Assembly: GCF_020745735.1 (NCBI RefSeq)
Contig: NW_026867577.1
Coordinates: 1,143,035 to 1,207,034, forward strand
DNA: 64,000 bases
Direction: 5' to 3'
Source: Hemiscyllium ocellatum
Lineage: Eukaryota
The notes beneath the pieces are model-generated. The model worked only from the letters and a program-made list of their open reading frames with translations. It did not search any database and was not told where the DNA came from. Shown one piece after another: positions 25,330 through 37,909 of the stretch. The translations under genes were made by a program, and so were the position numbers. How positions within the stretch are numbered: position 1 is the first letter of the stretch; each line of letters opens with the position of its first letter.

Positions 25330-26800
25330 GAAAAGTACAACACAGGAACAGAACTTTCCGCCAGCATGCCGATCAGTGTACTCCTCTAATGTAATGCTAT
25401 CTGCCTTCCCATGATCAAGATCGCTATGTAGTCCACGTGTTCATCCGTCTATCTAATTGTATATTAACCTTTGCTATTGTATCCAATGTTGCAACTTCAG
25501 GGGTAATTCCGGACATCTACCACACTCTCTGTATGAACAAACGGTTTCATGCATATTCTTTCAAACATTTTCCCCTGTGCCCGATATGAGGCGATATTAC
25601 AAACTTGGGTGCTTTATATACTTCTTTCAGATCGCCTCCCAGCACCAAACCTCAAGCACAAATCATCCAAATTTCTCTAATGGCTTTTGGTAACTCATTT
25701 CCGAACCAAGCAACATTCTTGGAAAACTCTTTCTCAGGCGCTGCAAACCGTCCAGGTCCGCCCTACCATGTAGCGACCTGAACTGCAAATAATCCTACAG
25801 TTGAGGCCACACCAAAGGCCCACACGGCAGCTAAGCTGCATCAGTGTGACGATCGTCACTGCATCTTAATCATTTTCTGACAACTTCTTTACTCCCTGTC
25901 AATGGGACATTGATATGAAAGCTTGCGATTTCCACTCATACTGGTTCTGTCAACAAACCCTCATAGACGATCTTACTTTTTGCAGCTGTGATATTATCCC
26001 TGATTAGCAATGCCAATCCTCCAATTCTTTTCTGCCCCACACACCCAATTCTTTTTGAAACAACTAAACGCTGGGAAATCCAACAACCATTCCTGCCTCT
26101 TTGATATTCAATTAATCACAATGGCCACAATATGACCGTTCCAAGAATTGATCCAGATTTGGAGTACTGAACGCTCATTCTTGATGTTTCTTGTCTTAAA
26201 CTAGACACGTTTCAAGCCATCACACTGACTGCACCTTTGCGCAATCTAGCGCTGTCCCTTCTCACAGACCCTCTGCAAGCTGTATCTAGTGCATCACTGC
26301 CTATTGCAAAATCTGCTCCATCGTGTTGTTGCCAACACTGCTGCTTATCTAGATTGAACTCTCCCAAAGCGCTCTAGCTAACCTCTTGTGGTGCCCCTCC
26401 TGTTCAGGTGCAATCCCTACTTCTTTTAAAGATCAAATCTTTCCAGAATGTATCCAATACGATATGGAAATTACACATTTATAGTAATCTTGTCTCCGCT
26501 GACATTAAATCATAGCTGATAGGTTGATCATTCCCATTCTCTCGCTTTCCCCCATAATCTTCCATCTCCTTGATAATCAGGAAAACCATCTGTCTCAGAA
26601 TTAAATATACTCAACGACCTGACTTCCAAAAACGTGTGTGGCAATACATTCCATAGGTTCACCAGTCTCTGCCTGAATACATTTCTCCTTATCTCGGTTT
26701 TTAAAGTGCTTCCTTTCACACCCAGGCTTTGCTGTCGGGTCCTATTCTCTCCTATCAGTGGATGCATTTTCGCAAAATTCACTCTTATCTGCCCATTCAG
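25330..26800 (-). mobile_element. Cluster of CR1 fragments
   Basis: 3' pieces at 25330-25830 and 26490-26800 (LKTEIRRNVFRQRLVNLWN); endonuclease/upstream piece at ~25980-26460. Confidence 0.7.
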
Positions 26801-28480
26801 TATTCTGCTTGTGTACTGCAGAGAATGTAAATGCAAATTTTCAAATGACCATTTCTCTGTCACCCTTGTGAGTTTGGGGAAAATAATCAGGAATTTGACC
26901 TAGTGAAGAAGGTGGTGAAATTTGGACAGAGTCTCTGAAAACCGAGGCAGTGAGATGGGGTAATTTGGGACATTTCAGAGCGTGAGTATAGATGTTCATT
27001 ATTTGAAGAAGTCAAGAACTCGGCCTTTTGAATTCCGTGCTCATAGAAATCAGTGTGCTTTCTAGCTGTCATTTTGTTGGTCTATTAGGCTCGCAACAAC
27101 TCAGCTCCAGGGAGTTAGGACGGACCTTGTCCAGAAACGCTCCTCACAATATCTGGCATGTGAGTCAGGCAGATATTTCATAGATAAAACCGACGGACAA
27201 TGTTCAGTGGAAACAGAATACGGAATGAAGAACTTCAAATCGATGTGAAACGAGTCGACAATCAAACCATTCAATTGAGACTGTCTTTGAATGGCAGAGA
27301 TACGAAGTGGAGTAGCAAGGACAACGAAATAGAGAGCACGACAGAAAGGGGAAAAGCAGAAAGCTGGGTAGAGTGAGGAACGAGAGGGCGAGTGTGTGGG
27401 ACGCACACAAAGACACAGCTACAATGGAGACAGAGAGAGCTAGAGGCGGTAAGTGAAAGTGATTGATTCAGCTTATTACACTGAGTAAAACTAGATGAGA
27501 GAAAGTGAGTGGGACAATGCGAGCAAGGGTGACAAGCGACAGTGAGGGACATGAGAGAAAGTTATGTATAGAAGGAGTCAGAATGAGAGTGACAGAAAAA
27601 ATGAAAAAGAGATAGAATGAAGATCAAAGACAAATTGCGCAGCATCTTGATGGAAGTAAAATGCATGAGAGAAATGAGGAAGTGAAAGGCAGACAGGCAG
27701 TGATATAGAAACAGAGTAAGATAGAGCAGCATAGGTTCCCCACTCAGTAGCTAAAGACGTTTCTCCTTATCACTATTCTAAAAGATCTTCCATTTACCCT
27801 CAAGCTGTGCCTTAATATCCTATTTTCTCGAGCTAATGAACACATGTTCTCAATATCCACTCTGACCTGCGCATTCACTATTCTGTTTCTACACCATAGG
27901 GATTCTAAATGTAAAGCTTCGAATAGCCATCTCCCTGTCGCCCAGTGAGATTGGGAAAATGAACAGCAGTTTAACCCAGTGAAGGAGGAGATGAAATTTG
28001 GACAGAAACTCTGAAATGCTAATGCAGTGTGCCGGCGAAATCCCAGGATATATCACAGAGTGGGTGCGCAATTTACTGATTTCAAGCGGTCACGGATTCA
28101 GCCGGTAGTGGTCCATCTTAGCAGGAACGAGAGTGCACTAATCTTCTTGTTGTGGTCTGTTCATCCAGAACTACTCACCTCCGAGAAGTTAGTACAGACC
28201 TTGCTCCGAATCGTTCCTCACAATAGGATCACGTTGAACAGCACCACCCAAGACAAATCGGCCGAAATCGCCCGGTCACTTTAGGGTAAGGAAGGTGAAG
28301 CAGCGGATTTCATTCACAGTGTGAGGGAGGAATGCGTTTCCGAGGAAAAACTGCTGGAAAAATACAATGGGAGCAGAATCCAGAATCAAAAACTAAAAAT
28401 AGTTGTGTTGACAGTAGGGAAGAAACCAGACAGGTGCAATGATAGAGTGAGAGAAACAGAGATTGAGACGAGAATTGGGA

Positions 28481-28483
<3 letters not shown>

Positions 28484-28518
<35 letters not shown>

Positions 28519-28533
28519 TGTGTGTGTGTGTGT
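28484..28533 (+). repeat. (TG)n microsatellite followed by a GA-rich low-complexity tract to ~29130
   Basis: Direct reading. Confidence 0.9.
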
Positions 28534-29484
28534 CAGCGGCAGAGAGGAATGGAGAGAGAGTGTGTGAGAGGCAAAGAGGGACAGATAGTGAAACAGAGAG
28601 CGTGACAGCCAGGGAAAGACTGGCAAAAAATTGGAGAGAGTAAGAAAAGATAGGGGAAGAGCGATTGGCAGAGAACGTCACAGGTACAAGTGAGGCAGTG
28701 GGAGTGAGAGGCAGCAAGTGACAGACAGTAAGACATATTGTTGCACGGTAAGTGAGACTGAGACGACACATAATGAGAGACAATGTACGTAAGGATGACG
28801 AGTCTGAGAGAGATGACAGAATGAGATGTAAATATAAATCATCCTAGACACAGACAAAGTGAGAATGACAGAAAGAGTGACAGAGACAGATTGAAAGACA
28901 AATACAGATTGAACAATATATAACTGAGAATAGAAGGAATGAGAGGATGTGTGAGAGAAATTACAGAGTGCAATGCAGACAGACAGGGACATAGAAACGG
29001 AGTAAGACATAAATGGAGGCAGCAAGAGAGTGAGGATTACATTAAAATGACAGGCAGAGTGATAATGATGAGAAGCTTTGAGATAGAGAGACAGAAGTCC
29101 AGGCAAAAATAAAAGAGATAGACAGAGCGACAGGACCATTTCAAGAATACCAACCTAAGCAGTAAGCTGACATTTGCTCTGCAGAAGAGACGCGCTCCAG
29201 TGGTCGTAAGGCAGACACGGACTCGGTCTGCAGCACTTCCAGAAGTTGATGGATACCCCATCACTGTTCAGGGACAGTTGGAGACAGTTCGAGATGGGCA
29301 CGCACTGCTGGCCTTGCCAGTAACATTCCCATTCAAACATTTTTAAAAGTCGTTCTGCTGAAATGCTCCCGGTGTCAACCAAAAACAAATTCATCACAAT
29401 GCGGTCTTTGTAATTTAAATATATATTTTATCTGGCCGAAGCAAAAATCCCCACAATACCAGTTATAGTCTAACATTTTTTTTA

Positions 29485-29752
29485 AGATTAGATTACTTCC
29501 AGGGTAGAAACAGGCCCTTAGGCCCAACAAGTGCAACCCACCCATACCTCTACATTTACCCCTTTACCTAACACTGCGGGCAATTTAGCATGGCCAATTT
29601 ACCTGACCTACACATCTTTGTGACTGTGGGAGGAAACTAGAACACCCAGAGGAAACCCACGCAGACACGGGGAGACATGAGTCGGTAATTGAACCCGCCT
29701 CTCTGGCGCTGTGAGGCAGCAGTGCTCACCACTGTGCCTTTGTGCCGCCCAC
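29485..29752 (-). mobile_element. V-SINE inserted into a Penelope-type terminal remnant (29450-29480 + 29753-29800)
   Basis: GGAGGAAAC..GAACACCCAGAGGAAACCCACGCAGACACGGGGAG; head GCTGTGAGGCAGCAGTGCT.ACCACTGTGCC. Confidence 0.85.
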
Positions 29753-30368
29753 GGAAGCATTGGATTTCGGAGCGCCATTCCTTCACGAGGTGTTTTATTT
29801 GGCCATCACTGTCCGAACCTGACTGGCTTCTGCTGTCTCACTGTGTGTGGAGCTTCTCACTGACTGACGCTGGTCTCCTTTGTCCACAGGTGTCAAGAAT
29901 CCTGCAATCTTTGTCAGGACAGTCAGTGTTTAAAGGTATTTTGAAATATTCTGCAAGTAAGTTAAAGATTCATGGCACCACAGGTCACTTTGTTAAACAT
30001 AAACAAACATTATTGTGCAAATGCGAAGCGAAAGAAAGCATCCTTATATAACACAATCCAAATTATCTGTGTAATGTTTTGAATTCAATTTCACGTTTAC
30101 AGCCGAAGATTTTTAACACATGAAGTGGTGAAGACTCATTCACTTTCTGAAGGGATTAACCAAAACATACGTCATAGCCAACTGGAAGTTACTTCGACTC
30201 CTTCCCAGTTTTTCATTCTTATACCTGTGATTTCTCGAGCTTTCTGTCTGAAAATGTTCCACTGTCTGTGTTGACACAGCCACCTGTCAAAAGACTTGCA
30301 ATTCGTTCACGGCTGGCGACAATCTTCCATGGTTATGTTTTTCCGATGCATTTTTATGTTTGAGGGGC

Positions 30369-30504
30369 NNNNNNNNNNNNNNNNNNNNNNNNNNNNNNNN
30401 NNNNNNNNNNNNNNNNNNNNNNNNNNNNNNNNNNNNNNNNNNNNNNNNNNNNNNNNNNNNNNNNNNNNNNNNNNNNNNNNNNNNNNNNNNNNNNNNNNNN
30501 NNNN
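30369..30504. other. N run, 136 nt (gap or mask)
   Basis: N run counted directly. Confidence 0.99.
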
Positions 30505-30789
30505 ACATTTGGGAAAAAAAGAATTTTCTAATAAACGTTTCAGCTAAGCCGGCAACTCAGAATATTTTTTTTCTTTGACATCTGGACTGACTTTGCTGAA
30601 AATATAAATGCTTCAGAATTGAGTGCACCCATTTTAACTCGTGGTAATTGCGTTGGAAAGAATTGGCTACTCAGTAGCTTCCGTTTTTGATAGAACATTT
30701 CCCTGGAGAAATACCAGCCACTCTTACCAACACTGATTTACTCCTTGATCACCAGGAATATCATTGTCACTGTCACAGTGACATCTTCA

Positions 30790-32290
30790 GTATTAATCTT
30801 TTTGACCACCTTGTGGGGACACAGTTTGCAGACAAACGGCTGTCCATAGTGTGAACTCTCTGTTGTGTGTGCAGGCTGGATCATGCAGTGAAGCATTTCC
30901 CTCACTGGCTATTTATTTTGGCCAATGAAGGAATGTAGCTTAGGTTCACGAGGTCAATTCCTGGAATGGTGGACTACCTTACGTTGAAAGATTGGAGCGA
31001 CTGGGCTTGTATACCATTGAGTTCAGAAGACAGAGAGGGGATTTGATTGAGACTACAAGATTATTAAAGGATTGGACACTCTGGAGGCAGGGAACATGTT
31101 TCCCCTGATGGATAAGTGCTGAACCAGAGGACACAGCTTATAAATGCGAAGTAGACCATTTAGGACAGAGATGAGGACTAAGATCTTCAACTAGAGAGTG
31201 GTGGCTGTGTGGAATGCTGTGCCCCAGAGGGCAGTGGAGGCCCAGTCTCTGGATTCATTTAAGAAAGTGTTGGGTAGAGCTCTCAATAGTGTAATCAAGG
31301 GTTATGGAGATAAGGCAGGAACATATTGATTAAGGATGACCAGCTGTGATAATATTGCATGGTGATGCAGTCTCGAAGGTCTGAATGGCCTACTCCTGCA
31401 TCTATTGTCTATTGTCAGTGAACGCAGATAAACGGACTGCCTGCAATGCGAATTCAATGGTGTATCTGAAAGGGGGAGGGGGGTAAATCTGTCAATCACT
31501 TCCCACACTGAGAGCAGGTGAATAGCTTCTCCCCAGTGTCAGACCGCTGGTGAATAAACATAAAAGATGATTGAGCAAATCCTTTCCGACAATCACAGCC
31601 GGTGTGCGGCCTTTCCCCAGGCTGAACTCGCTTGTATCTCATCACGTTAGCTGAACTGGTGAATTACTTCCCAAAATCAGATCCGGGAATGCACTCCTCC
31701 TGTTACAAACTTGCTTGTGTGTCAGTAGAGCGGATGTATCAACGAGTCTCTTCGCACTGTCAGAGTTGCATGGTCTATCCACAGCGTGAACCAGCGTGTG
31801 TCAGCAGGTTGGAGACAACACTGAATTCTATCTCTTACACACAACAGGTGAAAGGCCTCTCCCCAGTGTGTCTCCACTCCTGAATCACAAGAGCGGATGG
31901 ATAATAGAAACCCTTCCCACAATGCACACATTTCCTGGGTTTATCAATGCTGAAATTGTTCGCATTCTTTCTCCAGGTTTAACAATTAGTTGAAGCCTCG
32001 TCCAAACTTAGAACACGTGAATAGTCTGTCTCTGGTGTGAATTGTGCATTTTTCTTCTACGGCCGCTTTAAGTTGTTCTCACTCTTCGTGCACTAAAACA
32101 CTCTCACAAGAATGTCTATGGATCATTTGTTAATCGTTTGAAGTAGACAGAACAGAGAAACATATCTCTCTCTACACGTGGAAAGGTCCATGATATTCAC
32201 ATACTGACAAAATCAAGTGCTTTTAGATCTTGACATGATGCTAATTTCCGATTTCTTTCGTCAAATCCTGCCCTTCTATTAGCCTGTAAA
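30790..32290 (-). pseudogene. C2H2 (Krueppel-type) zinc-finger gene remnant, split by a CR1 insertion
   Basis: Minus-strand translation gives KCVHCGKGFYYPSALVIQEWRHTGERPFTC (~31850-31935), PGERPHTGCDCRKGFAQSSFMFIHQRSDTGEKLFTCSQCGK* (~31497-31625) and GKCFTA*SSLHTQQRVHT (~30850-30905). Stops and lost Cys/His residues throughout. Acceptor-like tttttacAG near 32285. Confidence 0.85.
30920..31415 (+). mobile_element. CR1 3' fragment inserted in the zinc-finger pseudogene
   Basis: ERLERLGLY..EFRR.RGDLIETYKIIKG; ends in a CTATTGTCTATTGT tail. Confidence 0.85.
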
Positions 32291-32449
32291 AACAGTTTAA
32301 AAATATATCAGTTCAAGATAACATTTCAAAAGAAAATCTTCTAAGTTGACGCAAAATCAGACCATTTGATAGATTTATGTTTACTGTTGATGCAGACTCG
32401 ATGGGTCGAACAGTCATTATTAAACTGAATGGTCGAATGCTTGTTATAG

Positions 32450-35290
32450 AGTCGTTCAGATGTCTAGCGTGAAAACAAACCATTCAGTACAACTCATCCA
32501 TGCCGAGCAGATATCCTCACCTAAAGTAATCCCATTTGCCAGCACTTGGCCCATATCCCTACAACCCTTCCTATTCATGCCCCCATCCAGATTCCTATTA
32601 AATGCCGTAACTGTACCAGTCTCCACCACTTCATCTGGCAGCTTATTCCAATCCCGCACCATCCACTGTGTGAAAAAGTTGTCCATAAGATTCCCTTTTT
32701 ATCTTTCCCCTCTCACCCTAAACCTCTAGTTCTGCAGTTGCCCACCCCAGAGAAAACATTTTGTCTGTTTATCCTATTGATGCATGCCTATGATTTTATA
32801 AATTTCCATAAGGTCACCCCTCATCTTCCGACGCTCCAGGGAAAACATCCCCTTCCGATTTAACCTCTCCCTACTGTTCAAAGCCTCCAACGCTGGCAAC
32901 ATCCTTGTAAATCTTTTCTGAACCCCTTTCAAGTTTCACAATATCCTTCAGATAGGAAGAACAGAATTGCCCTCAGTATTCCAAAAGTGGTCGAACCAAT
33001 GCCCTGTAAAGCCGAAACATGACTTCCCAACTCCTGTACTCAATGCTCTGACCAACAAAGGAATGCATACTAAATGTCTTCTTCACTGTTCTATCTATTT
33101 GCGACTCTACTTTCAAGGAATTATCAAAATGCACTCCAACGTCTCTTTGTTCAGCAATAGTCCGTAGCACCTTACTGTGAAGTGTATAAGTCCTGCTGTG
33201 AATTTCTTTTCCAAAATACAGCACCTCGCATTTGACTAAATTAAAATCCATTTGCTACTCCTCAGCTCATTGGCCCATCTCAACTTCGCTGTCCACTATA
33301 CCTCAAATTTAATTGTCATCTGCTAATTATACCTACATTTACATTCAACGAATTCTGATAAATGACAAAACTGAGTGGAACCACACCGATTCCTGTGGCA
33401 CGCCACTAGTGACAAGCCTCCAGCAAGATAACCAACCTCCACCACCATCATCTGTTTTGTACCTTCAAGTCAGTTCTCCATCAAAATAATTGTTCTCCCT
33501 ATGTTCCATGTGATCTAACCGACCAACCAGTCTCTCATGGGGAACCTTGCATAACTGAAGTCCGTACAGGTCATATCCACACCTCGGCCTTCATGAATCC
33601 TCTTCGTTACATGTTCAAAAAACACAACCAAGTTTGTGAGATATGATTTCTCACTCACAAAGCCGTGTTGACTATCCTGAATCTGTCTTTTCCTTTCGAA
33701 ATACATGTACATCCTGTCCTTCAGGATTCCCTCCAAAAAATTGGCCACCACCGATGGCATGCTTCCTGGTCCATTGTTCCCTCGCTTTTCCTTAACACCT
33801 TTCTTAAATAGTGGCATGACGTTCGTCAACTTCCAGTATTCAGGCACCACACTTGTGACTATTGATGATACAAATATCTCAGTAAAGTGTCCAGCAATCA
33901 CTTCCCACAGATCTCTTGGGTATATCTGATCAGATCCTGGGAATTTGTCCACTTTTATGTGTTTTAAGACATCCTGCACTTCCTGCTCCGTAATATGGAC
34001 ATTTTTCTCGATGTCACCATGTATTTCCCCACACTCTGTCCCTTCTCCACAGTAAACACTGTTGCAAAATACTCGTTCAGTATCTCCCCATCTCCTGCAG
34101 CTACACTCATCGGCTGCCTTACTGATAATCTAAGCGCCCTGCTCTGTCCATAGTTATCCTTTTGTCTTTAACGTGTTTTCAAACACTTTGGATTCTCCTT
34201 AACCCAATTCGCCAAAGTTAGTTCATGCCCTATTTTGCTCTCCTGGTTTCATCCTTAAGTTTTCTCCTACTGCGTTTATAGTCTTCTTAGGATTCTCTCT
34301 ATCTCTTCTGTCTACATACAATATATGCTTTCTTCTTTCTCTTAACCAAACCTTAATTTCTCTCGACATCCAGGATTCCCTACATCTACTAGTCTTTGCT
34401 TTCATCCGACTGGTATATACTGCTTCTGGACTCTCGTTATCTCATTTCTGAAAGCTCCCCATTTTCCAGCTGTGCCTTTATCTCTTGATATCTCCCCTCC
34501 AACCCCTCAACCTCCAAATCAGCTTTTGTAAGTTTTTGCCTAACATCATCAAAATTATCCTTCCTCCGATGTTGAACTTAAACTTTCAGGTCCAGTCTAT
34601 TCTTTTCCGTGACTATTTTATAATTAATAGTGTTGCGGTTGCTGGCCTCAATGTGCTCCCCCACTGACACCTCGGTCACGCCCCCGCCTTATTTACCAAT
34701 CGTAGGTCAATTTTCTTACTATCTCCAACAGGAGCATCTACATACTGAGTCAGAAAGCTTCCTTGTACACAGTTAAGTTATTGTCCAACTAAACCCGATG
34801 GCAATCCCAGTCTACATTTGGCAAGTTAAAATCCCCTATCGCAACCACCCTGGTGTTCTTATATATAACGGAATCTCGTTTCCCAGTTGTTTCTCAGTTT
34901 CCTGCTGACTATTATGGGGTGGACAATACAATTGCGATCAGGTAATCATCCCTTTCTTATTTCTCAGTTTCACCCAAAAACGCCCCTGGATGTATTCCCA
35001 CCAATATTTTCCCTATGTACAGCATTAATATTCTCCATTATCAAATTACCACTTCTCCCCCTCTGTAGCATTCTGCTCCACGCCCCACTCCCACCCCCAT
35101 ATTTCATGGAACATTTTTATCCTGGAGCATTACGCTGCAGTCCTGTCCATCCCTCTTCCACATTTTGCAATTGCAATATATTCCAGTCCCACATTACTCA
35201 CCATGCCCTGAGTTCATCTGCCTTCCCTGATGGACTCTTGTATTGGAGTCGGATATTGTTCTCTGCTTTACTGATTGTTGCCCTGACTGT
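32450..35290 (-). mobile_element. Long CR1 LINE remnant (endonuclease to 3' end)
   Basis: HIKVDKFPGSDQIYPR, VPEYWKLTNVMPLFKKG, QDSQHGFV, FNLVKCEVLYFG, LYRALVRPLLEY. Confidence 0.92.
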
Positions 35291-35294
35291 TTGA

Positions 35295-35890
35295 TTTAGA
35301 ACAAAGAGCGTTACAGCACATTACAGACACTTTGTCCCTCGATGTTGCGCCAGTCTGTGAAATTACTCTGCCGCCCACCTCACGTACTCTAGTTCATTAA
35401 AATCCATATGTATGTCCAATGTATGCACTTAACGTCAGCGAGTCCGACCACTGCTGCAGGCGGAAGTGTTGCAAGTACGCCCCTATTAATCTGAGAAAAG
35501 AAACCACTCCAAACTTTGTCCTGAAGCTGTCACTACTCAATTGAATGCTACGCTTCCTCGTGTTAGACTTCACTATCCGATGAAAAAGGCTCTCTCTCGC
35601 CAACCTATTTACCACTCCGAATATCTGGTTCGCCTCGATTGAGTCACATCTCAACTTTAATCTCTCCAATGAAAACTGCCTCAGTTCGGCTCAACCTGTC
35701 CTCGCAGGATCTTCCTTCCGGACCAGGAAACATCCTCGTAAACCCTCTGAAGCCTTTTTCAAAGCTTCCACATCCTTCCGAAAATGCAGTGACCAGAACT
35801 GCACACAATATTCCAGGTATGGCTTTACCAGTGTCTTGTACAGCTGAAGCATGACCACGTGGCCCAGGAATTCAATCCCCCTACCAATTT
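35295..35890 (-). mobile_element. CR1 3' fragment (second subfamily)
   Basis: CCAGAACTGCACACAATATTCC motif; 3' end near 35300. Confidence 0.7.
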
Positions 35891-36219
35891 ACCACATGAT
35901 TTCTGCACTACATCTTTAAGTTTGTCCCCACGGCTGCTTCCAAATGTGAGTGGTGGAGGGAGTAGATGTGATGTTAATTAAGCAGGACTGCTCGTTGACA
36001 AGCTTCTTGAGTGCTGTTGGTGCAGCACCCATCCAGGTAATTAGGGAATCACACTACGGAGAGGCAACAGCAAGACACAAGTATCTTCCATCTGTATTTG
36101 CCTGTCTCCATCTGGATCTTTTTTCCCCCCTACTGTCTCACAATCGCCAAATATCTTGAATTGCTCTCTTATACTATTTCCATCTCTCAGTCCTTGCTGT
36201 CTTGAACTCTCTCACAGAT

Positions 36220-37180
36220 CCACTGTGCGTGGGAAATCACGTCTCACAAACTTGATTGAGTTTTCTGAAGAAGTAACAAAGAACATTGATAAGTGCAAAT
36301 CAGTAGATGTGATCTATATAGATTTCAATAAGGCATTCGACAAGGTTCCCTATAGGAGACTGATTAGCAAGGTTAGATCTCACGGAATACAGAGAGAACT
36401 AACCATTTGGATGCAGAACTGGTTCAAAGGTAGAAGACAGAGGGTGGTGGTGGGTAGTTTCTCAGACTGGAGACCTGTGACCAGTGGAGTGCCACAAGGA
36501 TCGGTGCTGGGCCCTCTACTTCTTGTCATTTACACAAGTGATTTTGATGCGACCATAAGAGGTACAGTTCGTAAATTTGCAGACGACACTAAAATTGGAG
36601 GTGCATTGGACAGCGAAGAAGGTTACCTCAGATTACAACAGGATCTGGAGCAGATGGGACCATGGGCTGAGAGTTGGCAGATGGAGTTTTATTCAGAAAA
36701 TTGCGACCTGCTGCATTTTGGGAAAGCAAATTTAACAGGACTTATACACTTAATGGTAAGATCCTAGGGAGTGTTGCTGAACAAAGCGACCTTGGAATGC
36801 AGGTTAATAGCTCCTTGATAGTAGAGTCGCAAGTAGATAGGATCGTAAAGAAGACGTTTGGTATGTCTTCCTTTATTGGTCAGAGTATTGAGTACAGGAA
36901 TTAGTAGGTCACGTTGCGGCTGTACAGAACATTGGTTAGGCCACATGTGGATTATTTGGTGCAATTCTGGTCTCCTTCCTGTCAGAAAGATGCTCTGCAA
37001 CTTGAAAGGGTTCAGAAAAGATTTAAAAGTATGTTGCCAGGGCTGGAGGATCTGAGCTATAGGGAGAGGCTGTGCAGGCTGCGGCTGTTTTACCTGGAGC
37101 GGCGGTGGCTGAGGGGTGACATTTTAGAGTCTTATACAATTATGAGGGGCATGGATTGAATAAATAGGCAAAATAGGCAA
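36220..37180 (+). mobile_element. CR1 RT fragment
   Basis: VRGKSRLTNLIEF, IDFNKAFDKVP, SGVPQGSVLGPLL, KFADDTKIGG. Confidence 0.93.
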
Positions 37181-37909
37181 AACCCATGAAAATAACATCA
37201 TTCAGCACTTCACACATGGAGCATCAGTAGCTGAGAACACATAAAACAGGTAGCAGCAAAGCACACAAGTCTGTGATATCTCTGTCCACCCCGAACTATC
37301 TCAATCAACAAGTGTCTCTTTCTCTTGTGTTCAATTTTTTTTATTTCCCCTCCTCTCCATCTGTCTTGATCTCTTTCACAGTCATTCTTCCTTTGCCTCA
37401 TTGACCTTCTTCCTCTACCAGCTTTCTTTCTGCCTCATCATTTGTCACTGCCCTCTCACTGCCTCGAACTCAGTGCCTCTAGATCCTTTTCTGTCTCTCA
37501 CACCTTCTGTCCATCCGTCTCCCATATCTATTTCACAGTATCGATCTCTCGATAAACAACAGAGTCATACATTTCATGCCATGAGCTCTCCTCGATGGCA
37601 AATTTTCACTCTTAGTTTCCCACATTTTCTCCATGATAGGTCATTCATTGTGAAATACATCAATAACATTTCAACGTGCCCTCACTGAGTTAATTGATCA
37701 GTCTACGCCATCTATCTCTGTTACCTCATTCACTATTAATTCATACACCATGACCCCAGTCCCAGAGCTTAAAAAGGATAGTGTATCTAACAGGCCGTGA
37801 CTCCCAGTCCGAGAGGCGGAACAATGGTGAGGTTGTTCAGAACATTGGATAGCACTTTTGGAATACTGTGTGCAATTCCTGTCTCCTTCCAATTGGAAGG
37901 CTGTTGGAG

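Noticed and set aside
27019-27030. CTCGGCCTTTTG matching the 5' end of U2 snRNA
   Set aside because: Only 12 nt match; the flanks do not continue the U2 sequence.
28310-29139. Hydrophobic minus-strand ORFs that look like membrane proteins (also 13980-14540)
   Set aside because: Artefacts of the CT-rich complement of GA-rich tracts.
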